NCBI GenBank assembly: GCA_042568575.1
Contig: JBHPIO010000003.1
Span: forward strand, 1-64,000
From: Patescibacteria group bacterium
Lineage (GTDB): Bacteria > Patescibacteriota > Gracilibacteria > UBA1369 > PNNO01
Length of the DNA: 64,000 nt
Reading direction: 5' to 3'
The notes below the pieces were generated by a model. That model ran no database searches. It was given only the letters and a program-made list of their open reading frames with translations, and was not told where the DNA came from. A program made the position numbers and the translations under genes. This document shows positions 49,612 to 58,101 of the stretch, one piece after another; within the stretch, counting starts at the first letter, position 1, and the number at the start of each line of letters is the position of its first letter.

Positions 49612-50319
49612 TTATGCCAGTAATTTATCAATTTCATTATTATTCAGAATGCGGAATTTACCTTTCTCAAGGGAGCCAAGACGCAACTTTCCAATTCTGA
49701 CGCGCATTAAGTATATAACGGGATTTCCTATTTCTTCAAACATTCTTTTAATTTGTCGTTTTCGCCCTTCATGAATTGTTACGTGGCATACTCCATGATT
49801 GTTCTTAGTCTTTCGATCTTTAATATCAACTTCACATGGGGATGTCATTTTTTTGTCAATCATAACGCCTTTTTCAAGCGCTTCTTTTTGGGCTTGAGTA
49901 AGCTCTTTTTTGCTGTATACCATGTACTCTTTTTCATGCTCAAATTTTGGATGAGTGATTTTGTATGCGAGGTCTCCGTCGTTTGTTAAAAGAAGTAGAC
50001 CTTCTGTGTCACGATCAAGTCTGCCAACAGGAAACAGATCGTCATATGGAATAAGATCCATCACGGTTTTTCGATTTTCTGTATCTGAACGCGTTGTAAT
50101 ATAGCCTGAAGGTTTGTTAAGCATCAACGTAATAGTTTCTGCTTTAGGTTTGATAGTTTCATCATCAACAGTAACTTTAGGATTTGTCTCGGGATCAACT
50201 TGTGTGCCAAGTTTAGTTACTATTTCTCCATTCACCGAAACACGCCCTTCCTCAATTAGGACTTCCGCTTTCCGTCTAGAATAGGAGCTGTTTAGTGCGA
50301 TATAACGTTGGAGACGCAT
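49612..50319 (-). CDS. rRNA pseudouridine synthase (RluB/RsuA family)
   Basis: MRLQRYIA..SRRKAE S4 domain, VGRLDRDTEGLLLLTNDG, EGRKRQIKRM; likely start at 50319. Confidence 0.95.
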   Translation of the reverse strand: MRLQRYIALNSSYSRRKAEVLIEEGRVSVNGEIVTKLGTQVDPETNPKVTVDDETIKPKAETITLMLNKPSGYITTRSDTENRKTVMDLIPYDDLFPVGRLDRDTEGLLLLTNDGDLAYKITHPKFEHEKEYMVYSKKELTQAQKEALEKGVMIDKKMTSPCEVDIKDRKTKNNHGVCHVTIHEGRKRQIKRMFEEIGNPVIYLMRVRIGKLRLGSLEKGKFRILNNNEIDKLLA

Positions 50320-50320
50320 A

Positions 50321-51832
50321 TTATTCTGTGGTTGTTTCAGCTGGTGCCGGTGCCTCTGTAGCAGCGTCAGCCTCTCCGCCTTCCTCCTCTTCTTCATCCG
50401 CTGCTGCTTCATCAGCGCTTGCCTGTGTAGGGAAATAATAATAGAAAATGTCTTCTGGGCGTGAATCAACGTAATCTTCGCCGAGTTCTATAATGATGTC
50501 TGCGTCGCTTATATATTGTGGTTCCATGTAAATTGAAGGGATGTCACTTGAAGTTTGTCCACCAATTAATTGTTGAATGAATGAAAGACCTGCAGGTTTC
50601 TTTTCTGGTTCTTCTGGTCCTGATGTGTCTTTGTAATAAATCATTGTTTCATTGATTTCCTGATTTTGCGCATTTCCGAATCTAATAACGTCAAAGCATA
50701 AGCGATTTAGCCGTGCTTTGGTTTCTGCGGCAAGTCCGCCTGTTTTTGTTCCGTTTAAGAGTTGTATCTCTGGTGGGTTTAAATTCAATTCTGGATAGTG
50801 GAAAATCAAATCAACATATTGATGTATGAATTCGAAATGGTCACCGATAGGAACAAGAACGAATGCTCCTCCAAATAGATCTCTTTGAGGAACATACAGG
50901 AATCCTCCGCATCCAATTGGGTTGTCTGTAATCACGCGGCTGATGATGTTTTCTTCGTGAAAGTCCTGAGATATCTTTGCTAGCTCAATAATATGCCCGA
51001 GAGTTAGGTTTGTTTCGATATTGTCTTCAACTGCATCAAATAAATCTTTAATTTTTCCGGGATTCAAAAGTACATCCTTTGTCATCGCTTTCTTTTTAAT
51101 CGCAAAGAGTAGCTTTTGCTGACGCTTTGAACGATCAAAATCACTTGTTGTTTTTCGGCTTCGTGCGTATTTAAGTGCTGTTTCTCCATCCATTTCTTGA
51201 AGTCCTGCTGATATGGAGAATGTTTGGTACAAAATTGTTCCATCTAGTGGATAGTATGGGTCGTGAATTGGTTCATCAACATAAACTTCAACACCACCTA
51301 AGCTATCAACAATATCCTTCATTCCTTGGAAGTCGATTTTAACGTAATAATGAATGTCTACACCTGTAATTTCTTCAGCTGCTTCTACCGCTAGTTCAAG
51401 GCCTGTTTCTGAATCGTACATTTGTTTTCCGAGCTCATAAAGTCTGTTAATTCTTACGCCTCCTCCGATTTTTTCTTTGTCTGCGTAGAAGTCACGAGGG
51501 ATAGAAACCATTGGTACAAGTTTGTTTGTTTGATCGATACTTGCAACGATTATTGTGTCGGTTAAGTCAGCACCATCATGATCACCACCACCAGTTCCCA
51601 GAAGCAAGATATTCGTATTTCCATAAAAGTCAGTTTCAAGTTGTTGTCCAAAAATTCCAATTACATTAATGAATCCGATTTGTTTGATAATTGCCGAGCA
51701 TCCATATAAGAAAAGAGCAAAAACAGTAATTACAGCAACAACCATGCCCCATTGCATGTGCTTTTTAACTTTAGGTCTGTGAAAGTTCAAATCTTTTTTC
51801 TTTCCTTTAAGACCCTTAAGGCTTTCGAGCAA
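50321..51832 (-). CDS. LCP (LytR-CpsA-Psr) family protein with LytR C-terminal domain
   Basis: NILLLG, TDTIIVASI, SIPRD, ALKYARSR, DFDRSKRQQ; start uncertain. Confidence 0.93.
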   Translation of the reverse strand: MLESLKGLKGKKKDLNFHRPKVKKHMQWGMVVAVITVFALFLYGCSAIIKQIGFINVIGIFGQQLETDFYGNTNILLLGTGGGDHDGADLTDTIIVASIDQTNKLVPMVSIPRDFYADKEKIGGGVRINRLYELGKQMYDSETGLELAVEAAEEITGVDIHYYVKIDFQGMKDIVDSLGGVEVYVDEPIHDPYYPLDGTILYQTFSISAGLQEMDGETALKYARSRKTTSDFDRSKRQQKLLFAIKKKAMTKDVLLNPGKIKDLFDAVEDNIETNLTLGHIIELAKISQDFHEENIISRVITDNPIGCGGFLYVPQRDLFGGAFVLVPIGDHFEFIHQYVDLIFHYPELNLNPPEIQLLNGTKTGGLAAETKARLNRLCFDVIRFGNAQNQEINETMIYYKDTSGPEEPEKKPAGLSFIQQLIGGQTSSDIPSIYMEPQYISDADIIIELGEDYVDSRPEDIFYYYFPTQASADEAAADEEEEEGGEADAATEAPAPAETTTE

Positions 51833-51878
51833 CTTTGAAAGAAGAGATTGCTTTCTCCTTTGCCGTATTTTTCGTGTT

Positions 51879-54338
51879 TTAAACTTCAGTGTAAATTACA
51901 GTTAGAAATAAATTGCTCCAGTCATCTTGTTTTATACCTATCCCTATTTCTTTCCATTGTGAGTTCAAAATGTCGCTTTCTTCTAAGAGTTTTTCTTGAA
52001 GAGTTTTCGCAGAACCTTCTTTTAAAATGTATGCTTTTCCTTCAGAAGTGATTCCATTGCTTTGGACTACATCAATCAGGTTTATACCAGATGGAGCGGT
52101 AAAAGAAAAGAAGTTTAGATTGATCATATCCGCACTCCATTCTCGGGATATATTTCGTAATTCGCTATTTAATATAAACGGAGCTTCTCGATTATTGTTA
52201 ACACCATTTAAAATTTCATATTCAAACTGCTCAAGATCGCCATCATTCCATGGAGCGTGCGAGAATTCTTCTGCAATAAATAAGTATCCAGAATCTCCTA
52301 AAGAAATTCCAAGTCCTACGTTGTCCCAGGTAGGATCCAAAACGTTTTGACGGTGTATTGCACTTCTCATTAGCGCTTTATGTGCGAAGTAAACTGTTGG
52401 AGCATGAGCAAGGTTTTCACCAACTTCTGTGGATATTCCATAATTTATTCTACGGTCGTCTGGGGTTTCTCCATCGAGATTGATGTGTGAAAAATAGTTC
52501 AGATCCCCCATGTCGTCGGCATGTGCTTGAGAAAGATTATTTAAATCATCTCGCATTGAAATACCAGAAAGTCCGTGTGATGCTCTTTCTTCATTTATGT
52601 ATGAAAGAAGCTCATTTCTGGAGCTTACAATGTGAAGTGATTCAGTAATTTCCATTGGATCCTGTAGATCGAAGAAGTCAGGAATAATAGGAATTCCATT
52701 ACCTATATATATAGGTACATTAACAACAGCTGAGCCGCCTTGATCATTTATCTCTAAAATATAAGTTCCTGTTTGTGCTGGCTTGTATGAGAAATTGAAA
52801 GATGAGTTTGCCGGAATTACGTCGTTTCCATAGTAATCAAGAAGTTGAGCTGAGGTGTGGATATCAAACATATCTATTGACCCGTCCGGTTTTATAACAG
52901 CACCTTCTGCGAAAATGTTTTCTTCAGTAAATCCAGATACAGAAAAAGTTTCTGTAGAGGTTAGAGTTTCCGGGAGTGAGTTGTATGTAAGTGCGTCATC
53001 AAGCGTTAATTTAAAATGATGCTTTACTCCTTTAAATGTTGTGTCGGCACTTTTGCCCCATTTAGATGAAAGCCGCACAGGAGCAAGTGAATCAGCTTGT
53101 GCTCCATAAACTCGCCATTTAATGTTATCTTCCTCGAATGTTTTAAAGTCGTTGTAGACGATTTCTAGAGTATCTACGTCGCGAACAAAATAAGATTCCA
53201 CATTGTTGTTCTGCATGAAGTAGATTCTGAATACGTCGTTTTGAGTTTTATTCCACGAAATTGTTGTAGCATCGTCTTCAAAGTCTATTGAAAGTCCGGA
53301 TGGAGTGTCTGAATTTGTTGCTGTCCCTTCTCCTGGGATTCCATCTAAAACATGAATAGGAGCAATTTTGCTTTCTCCATTATTTCCAGGAATTACACCT
53401 AACTGATACGTTCCGGCATTCCTGAATACCATCGGGATTTCAAAGCGATTACCACTAACTGTTCCTATAAAGTGAGTGTAATCATTTCCGCTTCCGTTAT
53501 CTTCCGCAAGAAAAGCAAAGATTGTATCGTAAGATCCACCATTAGTTATTTCGCCTTCCATAATGTATATCTCGTTTTTATAGAAAGTATTTGGAAGTGT
53601 ACTATCTAGCTCAATTTCGCTGAAGTAGTCAGAATTTATGGTAGAAAAATCTTCCGGATTATCAACATCCTGCACTTCATTAATTTTGTCTTCCGCTGTT
53701 TTATCTCCGCTATAGTTAATTACATCTTTTATAATAGTTTGATACATGAGCTGCGCCATATATCCTCTTGTGATTTCTTCACTTGGATTCAAAATGTTCG
53801 TTTCCGCAGTTAAAATTCCTTCTTCTTTGGCAAAATAAACATAAGGTGAGTACCACGTGAAACGGTAAGTGTCGTCGTAAGAGTTACTAGGAACTTCGGC
53901 AAGATCTAAGCGATCCCATTCTTGAACTTCGCCTAAAATTTTAAGTGCCTCCACTTTATTAATATGCTTTAGAGGTTGAAATGTCCCGTCAGGATATCCC
54001 TGAATCCATCCTTCGTATTTGGCTTTGCGAACGTAAGGTGCGTACCATTGGTTCTCATCTATATCAGGAAAACCACTTGCTGTATCGATATCCAGATTTA
54101 CTTCCGTTCCTTCAAGAACGATCTTCAAAAATTCGGTACGACTGATTGGTTGATCCGGACGAAATGTTCCGTCTTCATATCCCTGAACAACTCCATTTGA
54201 TTGAAGATAAGTGATCGCAATTTCGTTTGGATGCGTTATTGATACATCCGAAAATGTTGATCCAAACACCGTACTTGATTGAATAAAAAACACTATAATA
54301 ACGGGTACACTCAGGTACCTTAATAACTTTGATTTCAT
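51879..54338 (-). CDS. SLH-domain protein with C-terminal CAP domain(s)
   Basis: GYEDGTFRPDQPISRTEF SLH motifs; YFSH...GENLA...MRSAIHRQNVL CAP motif plus a degenerate second CAP. Confidence 0.88.
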   Translation of the reverse strand: MKSKLLRYLSVPVIIVFFIQSSTVFGSTFSDVSITHPNEIAITYLQSNGVVQGYEDGTFRPDQPISRTEFLKIVLEGTEVNLDIDTASGFPDIDENQWYAPYVRKAKYEGWIQGYPDGTFQPLKHINKVEALKILGEVQEWDRLDLAEVPSNSYDDTYRFTWYSPYVYFAKEEGILTAETNILNPSEEITRGYMAQLMYQTIIKDVINYSGDKTAEDKINEVQDVDNPEDFSTINSDYFSEIELDSTLPNTFYKNEIYIMEGEITNGGSYDTIFAFLAEDNGSGNDYTHFIGTVSGNRFEIPMVFRNAGTYQLGVIPGNNGESKIAPIHVLDGIPGEGTATNSDTPSGLSIDFEDDATTISWNKTQNDVFRIYFMQNNNVESYFVRDVDTLEIVYNDFKTFEEDNIKWRVYGAQADSLAPVRLSSKWGKSADTTFKGVKHHFKLTLDDALTYNSLPETLTSTETFSVSGFTEENIFAEGAVIKPDGSIDMFDIHTSAQLLDYYGNDVIPANSSFNFSYKPAQTGTYILEINDQGGSAVVNVPIYIGNGIPIIPDFFDLQDPMEITESLHIVSSRNELLSYINEERASHGLSGISMRDDLNNLSQAHADDMGDLNYFSHINLDGETPDDRRINYGISTEVGENLAHAPTVYFAHKALMRSAIHRQNVLDPTWDNVGLGISLGDSGYLFIAEEFSHAPWNDGDLEQFEYEILNGVNNNREAPFILNSELRNISREWSADMINLNFFSFTAPSGINLIDVVQSNGITSEGKAYILKEGSAKTLQEKLLEESDILNSQWKEIGIGIKQDDWSNLFLTVIYTEV

Positions 54339-54467
54339 ATTAATTTGCTAAGGACGCTAATGCATAATAAGCCTGCTCTTACGAGGTGTCAAACATCTAT
54401 TTTTGACATAAATAACCGTTTTCATTACAATTTGTGAGACTGTTTAATTCTTTAACCTTAAAAGGAT

Positions 54468-55502
54468 ATGAAAGTATTTTCTAAGGTCACTCTATTTACT
54501 CTTGTTGCAGGGCTTCTAGCCTTCGGAGCAGGTTGTGGTGGGGAAGGTCTTCCAGCAGGTAAATCACCTGAAGATGTAATTACGGAAGCACTTCTCAACT
54601 CAGAAGAAGTGACAAAATCTGTCTTTGAAATGTCAGTAGTAGCTGACCTCAAGGGAGACGTTGATGGTGAAAAAAACGATCTTAAAGGAGAAATGAAAAT
54701 TTCTGGAACTAACGACGTAGATGCTGGAACAATGCAGATTGCATTTTCTGTAGACGGAAGCATGAATGATGATAGCGTTGAAGCTAGCCTTGAGTTACGT
54801 GCTAACAAAGATGGTGTATTCGCAAAAATTGGAAAAGTAAAAGTTTCTGACTCAGATGTTACAGAACTTATCGATGCACTTGATGAAGAAGGATACATTG
54901 GAGACTGGCTTAATCTTTCTTTCATTAGTTCAGAAGATCTTATGCAAGGTGGATTCGGTGAAGTTGATTATACTGAGGGAGACGATCTTCCATTCACAAA
55001 TATTGAATACAAAGGAACAAAAGACGTTCTAGGTATCAACAGTTATTATTTTGCAGCAGATATCGACAAAGAAATGTTTGTTGGAATGATGGAAACAGGG
55101 GATCTTGCAGATGCTGAAGAATTCTTCGACGCAGCAGAAATTAGTGGAGAAGTATACGTTGCAGTAAAAGAAAACCTTCTAACAGGATTTGCTGGAAAAA
55201 TGAAACTTGATGACAAAGAAATGAACGGAACAATGGATATGTCATTCATGATCAACCCAACAAAATCAAGCCCAGTATCAACACCAGATGCAAAGAAAGA
55301 AATCACTGAAGAAGACATTGCAATGCTAATGTTCGGAGGTGCAATGATGGATCCAGGTCTTGAACTAGACGATGAAATGATGGTTGATGATCTAACAGGA
55401 GAAACAATTCCTTACTTCGACGGTGAAGAAATCACTGACGAAGAAGCAATGAGACTCCTTGAAGAAATGGAAGCAGAGTTAGAAGCTTTAGAAGCTATCT
55501 AG
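54468..55502 (+). CDS. Acidic lipoprotein (possibly LolA/LppX-like beta fold)
   Basis: Lipobox FGAGC; beta-rich body; upstream TTGACA-N17-TACAAT. Confidence 0.75.
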   Translation: MKVFSKVTLFTLVAGLLAFGAGCGGEGLPAGKSPEDVITEALLNSEEVTKSVFEMSVVADLKGDVDGEKNDLKGEMKISGTNDVDAGTMQIAFSVDGSMNDDSVEASLELRANKDGVFAKIGKVKVSDSDVTELIDALDEEGYIGDWLNLSFISSEDLMQGGFGEVDYTEGDDLPFTNIEYKGTKDVLGINSYYFAADIDKEMFVGMMETGDLADAEEFFDAAEISGEVYVAVKENLLTGFAGKMKLDDKEMNGTMDMSFMINPTKSSPVSTPDAKKEITEEDIAMLMFGGAMMDPGLELDDEMMVDDLTGETIPYFDGEEITDEEAMRLLEEMEAELEALEAI

Positions 55503-55521
55503 TCACGCATTACGAAACATC

Positions 55522-55560
55522 AAAAAAAGGCCTTCTCGCGTGATGCGGGAGGGTCTTTTT
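55522..55560. terminator. Bidirectional intrinsic terminator
   Basis: A7-GGCCTTCTCGCG-tga-TGCGGGAGGGTC-T5. Confidence 0.8.
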
Positions 55561-55575
55561 ATCTAAATTAGTCTG

Positions 55576-55616
55576 AGGCCCTTATTTATACTCGCTGGGC
55601 CTAAATGTACGAGTAT
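55576..55616 (-). other. Predicted H-type RNA pseudoknot in the 3' UTR of the orphan gene
   Basis: Two crossing perfect helices, ATACTCG/CGAGTAT (7 bp) and AGGCCC/GGGCCT (6 bp). Confidence 0.6.
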
Positions 55617-55625
55617 TGACGGAGA

Positions 55626-55937
55626 CTATCCTGAGTCCACGTCGGCGGGGAAGATGCCAAATGTCTTGAACAGATTTGTCACGACACTTAGGGGCGTCTC
55701 CTTCTCGTTTACCCGCTCAGCTATGTTTACTTCCACATTGAAGCGATCAAACGATTTTATTGATCCACTACCCGAATTCACGGCTTCGAGGGATATAATG
55801 GTTACTATCCCCTCGCGTTTTTGTTCCGTGTTCTCTCCTTGGTGATGGGTCCATTCCACAACGTTATCTTTGTCGTCAACGATTGCGTACAGTTTCGCGA
55901 GGTCCTGAATCTTGAGAAAACTCAATTCGATGATCAT
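55626..55937 (-). CDS. Orphan protein
   Basis: ATG at 55937 preceded by AGGAGG; promoter TTGACA-N16-TATGAT at 56021-56048. Confidence 0.7.
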   Translation of the reverse strand: MIIELSFLKIQDLAKLYAIVDDKDNVVEWTHHQGENTEQKREGIVTIISLEAVNSGSGSIKSFDRFNVEVNIAERVNEKETPLSVVTNLFKTFGIFPADVDSG

Positions 55938-56056
55938 ACTGTTCCTCCTGCAGATAATGTCTGCTGTAATGGATTCTTGGGTTGTGAAAGGACATAAATG
56001 ACACATAGCTAACTGCCTGCATCATACAATTAATCATGGGGGTGTCAAGCTTTTGC

Positions 56057-56767
56057 TTACTTATCCCAAACTGCGTTGAATTGTTTTAGAAGGATTTGAA
56101 CGATTTCTTTGTTGATGATTTCGATGCCGTACTGCTGATAAGTTGAACAAATGAAAGCTTTGCTCTCTCCAATAAACTGAATTGGCGTACATGCGGGAAG
56201 TGCTTTTAAATCTTCAATGGTGGAGACTTCAAATCGTTCCTGCTTTTTGTCTCCAAGAAGAATGAGTTTAATCTTTTTTTCGTTTTCAACAAATGCCGGA
56301 GCAAATCGCTGAAAAAATTTATGATGTTCTTTCGAACGCAGCGCCCAAATCGTGAGTTTTTGTTCTTTGATAACTTCATGAAAAATATTAGATATTCCGG
56401 TTTTGCTCGAATAGGATTTAACAGTTGGCATCACATGGTGCGGATGTTTCAGTGCTTCAAACGAAGGCAGCGACACAAGAATTTCTTCTTTATGGTAAGC
56501 GAGATTCCGCTTTTGTTCGTTGATATATGTGATTAGTTGTCTTGGCTCGACAGCCGTAAAATACCTGAGTTTATTTTGAATGAATTGGCAAACAAGCCCC
56601 TTTTTTACAAGCGATTCCAAAACTGAATATGCCGTACAACGATTAAGTTGTGCCTTTCGTGCGATAGTACTTGCCGGATGAGTTCCAATTTTTAAATTTG
56701 TACAATAAGTAATAGCTTCTTTCTCAGTTAACCCAATGTTTCTTAGCAATTCAATTAAGCTGTGCAT
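56057..56767 (-). CDS. TrmB-family transcriptional regulator
   Basis: LRNIGLTEKEAITY...ASTIARKAQLNRCTAYSVLESLVKKGLV...YFTAVEP. Confidence 0.88.
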   Translation of the reverse strand: MHSLIELLRNIGLTEKEAITYCTNLKIGTHPASTIARKAQLNRCTAYSVLESLVKKGLVCQFIQNKLRYFTAVEPRQLITYINEQKRNLAYHKEEILVSLPSFEALKHPHHVMPTVKSYSSKTGISNIFHEVIKEQKLTIWALRSKEHHKFFQRFAPAFVENEKKIKLILLGDKKQERFEVSTIEDLKALPACTPIQFIGESKAFICSTYQQYGIEIINKEIVQILLKQFNAVWDK

Positions 56768-57232
56768 ATCACGTATTGTGAAGGAAAGGAGTGCATTAAA
56801 GTATATTTACCGAGTTTTGTAAAGGTGGTGGTGTTGGTATAGTGTGACAACAGGGCGTGATTTTGTTTTTGTAGCGCGATGGAGGGTGCTTTGGAAATTG
56901 CGCAAAAAAGTCGACTTGACCGATATTTAATGAACATAAAATTGGTGTTATTTTGCTCCTATTCATATTGTTTGAAAATTTTTGAGAGGCGTGTTGATTG
57001 AGTGTTGATTTGTTTATTTTTGCGAACATTTAGTGGGTATATATTGAAGTTGAAAGCACGATCATTATATGAGTAGTTAGAATATTGTGTAATCGCTTTT
57101 TGCAGCGGATTTTGGGTTGTAGCTAGTGGCGATTTTTGATAAAATTTAAATAGGATTAATTTTATTTAGATTAGGTTTATATTGTTTACTTGTGGGGTCC
57201 TCAAAGTATTTATTTTGTTAACCCCAATATTT

Positions 57233-58057
57233 ATGAACCTTTTAAAAATGACAGATTGTGAATTATATGAGTATTGCAGAGAGATCGGAGGAAAAGCGCG
57301 TTTATGGAAAAAAAGATTTGTGGCTACTTTGCCTGAAATTGCAAGGCGCGGAATTCATAAGAAGAAAGGATTTGCTACTATTACTGAGTTTGCTGCAAAA
57401 GTTGGTGGCGTTGGGAAGAAAACTGTAGAAGCTGTTTTTCAGGTAGAAAAAAGGATCAAGGACAAGCCTGCTTTAATGGAACTATTGCCAAAGGTGGGGG
57501 TTAATAAAGTAAGGGTGATTTCTAGTATTGCAACGAAGGAAAATCAAAAGGACCTGGCGGAAAAAGTTCAGACTATGTCTAAACCTGCTCTTGAATTATT
57601 TGCTCGATCACAGCGAGAAGGGATTAAAGGAATTGGTCAAGCTCCTCCCGGGAGGAAAAAACGAGAACATATAAGTTTTGGTGTAGACGAGAAAATTGCA
57701 CTCAAGTTACGTAAGTTCAAGCAAAGGATTGAAAAAGAAAGAAGGCAAGCAGTTGATTGGAATGAGGTAATGAAGGCGCTTCTTGAAAATGTTGAAGATG
57801 ATCAGGAAAGATGTGCTTTTCCAGATTGTAATAAACCGGCGGAAGAAATTCATCATCCTGAAAGATATTCGCTTACTAAAAGTCATGAAAACGTGAAGCC
57901 GCTTTGCAAAACTCACCATGAAATTGCTCATCATGGTTTGATTGAAAATGAGGAGGGCGATCCGACGACGTGGCGAATTCGAAAGCATGCGGATCGAAAT
58001 CATCCGAAGTTTTGGATTGATAGGAAAACGATAAAACACAAACAATTCAGTTTTTAG
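57233..58057 (+). CDS. HNH-motif protein with N-terminal helical domain
   Basis: CAFPDCNKPAEEIHH...NVKPLCKTHHEIAH; likely start at 57233. Confidence 0.78.
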   Translation: MNLLKMTDCELYEYCREIGGKARLWKKRFVATLPEIARRGIHKKKGFATITEFAAKVGGVGKKTVEAVFQVEKRIKDKPALMELLPKVGVNKVRVISSIATKENQKDLAEKVQTMSKPALELFARSQREGIKGIGQAPPGRKKREHISFGVDEKIALKLRKFKQRIEKERRQAVDWNEVMKALLENVEDDQERCAFPDCNKPAEEIHHPERYSLTKSHENVKPLCKTHHEIAHHGLIENEEGDPTTWRIRKHADRNHPKFWIDRKTIKHKQFSF

Positions 58058-58101
58058 AATTTTTTTACAGAATTTTTAAATCACACGCGTATTGTTACGA
58101 T

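Noticed and set aside
50320-50469. 50-aa N-terminal extension of the pseudouridine synthase in the ORF track
   Set aside because: It overlaps the LCP gene end in another frame; the family-typical start MRLQRYIA is at 50319.
56755-57029. Short minus-strand ORFs (60 and 77 aa) upstream of the TrmB gene
   Set aside because: No recognisable motifs and atypical composition; more likely intergenic.
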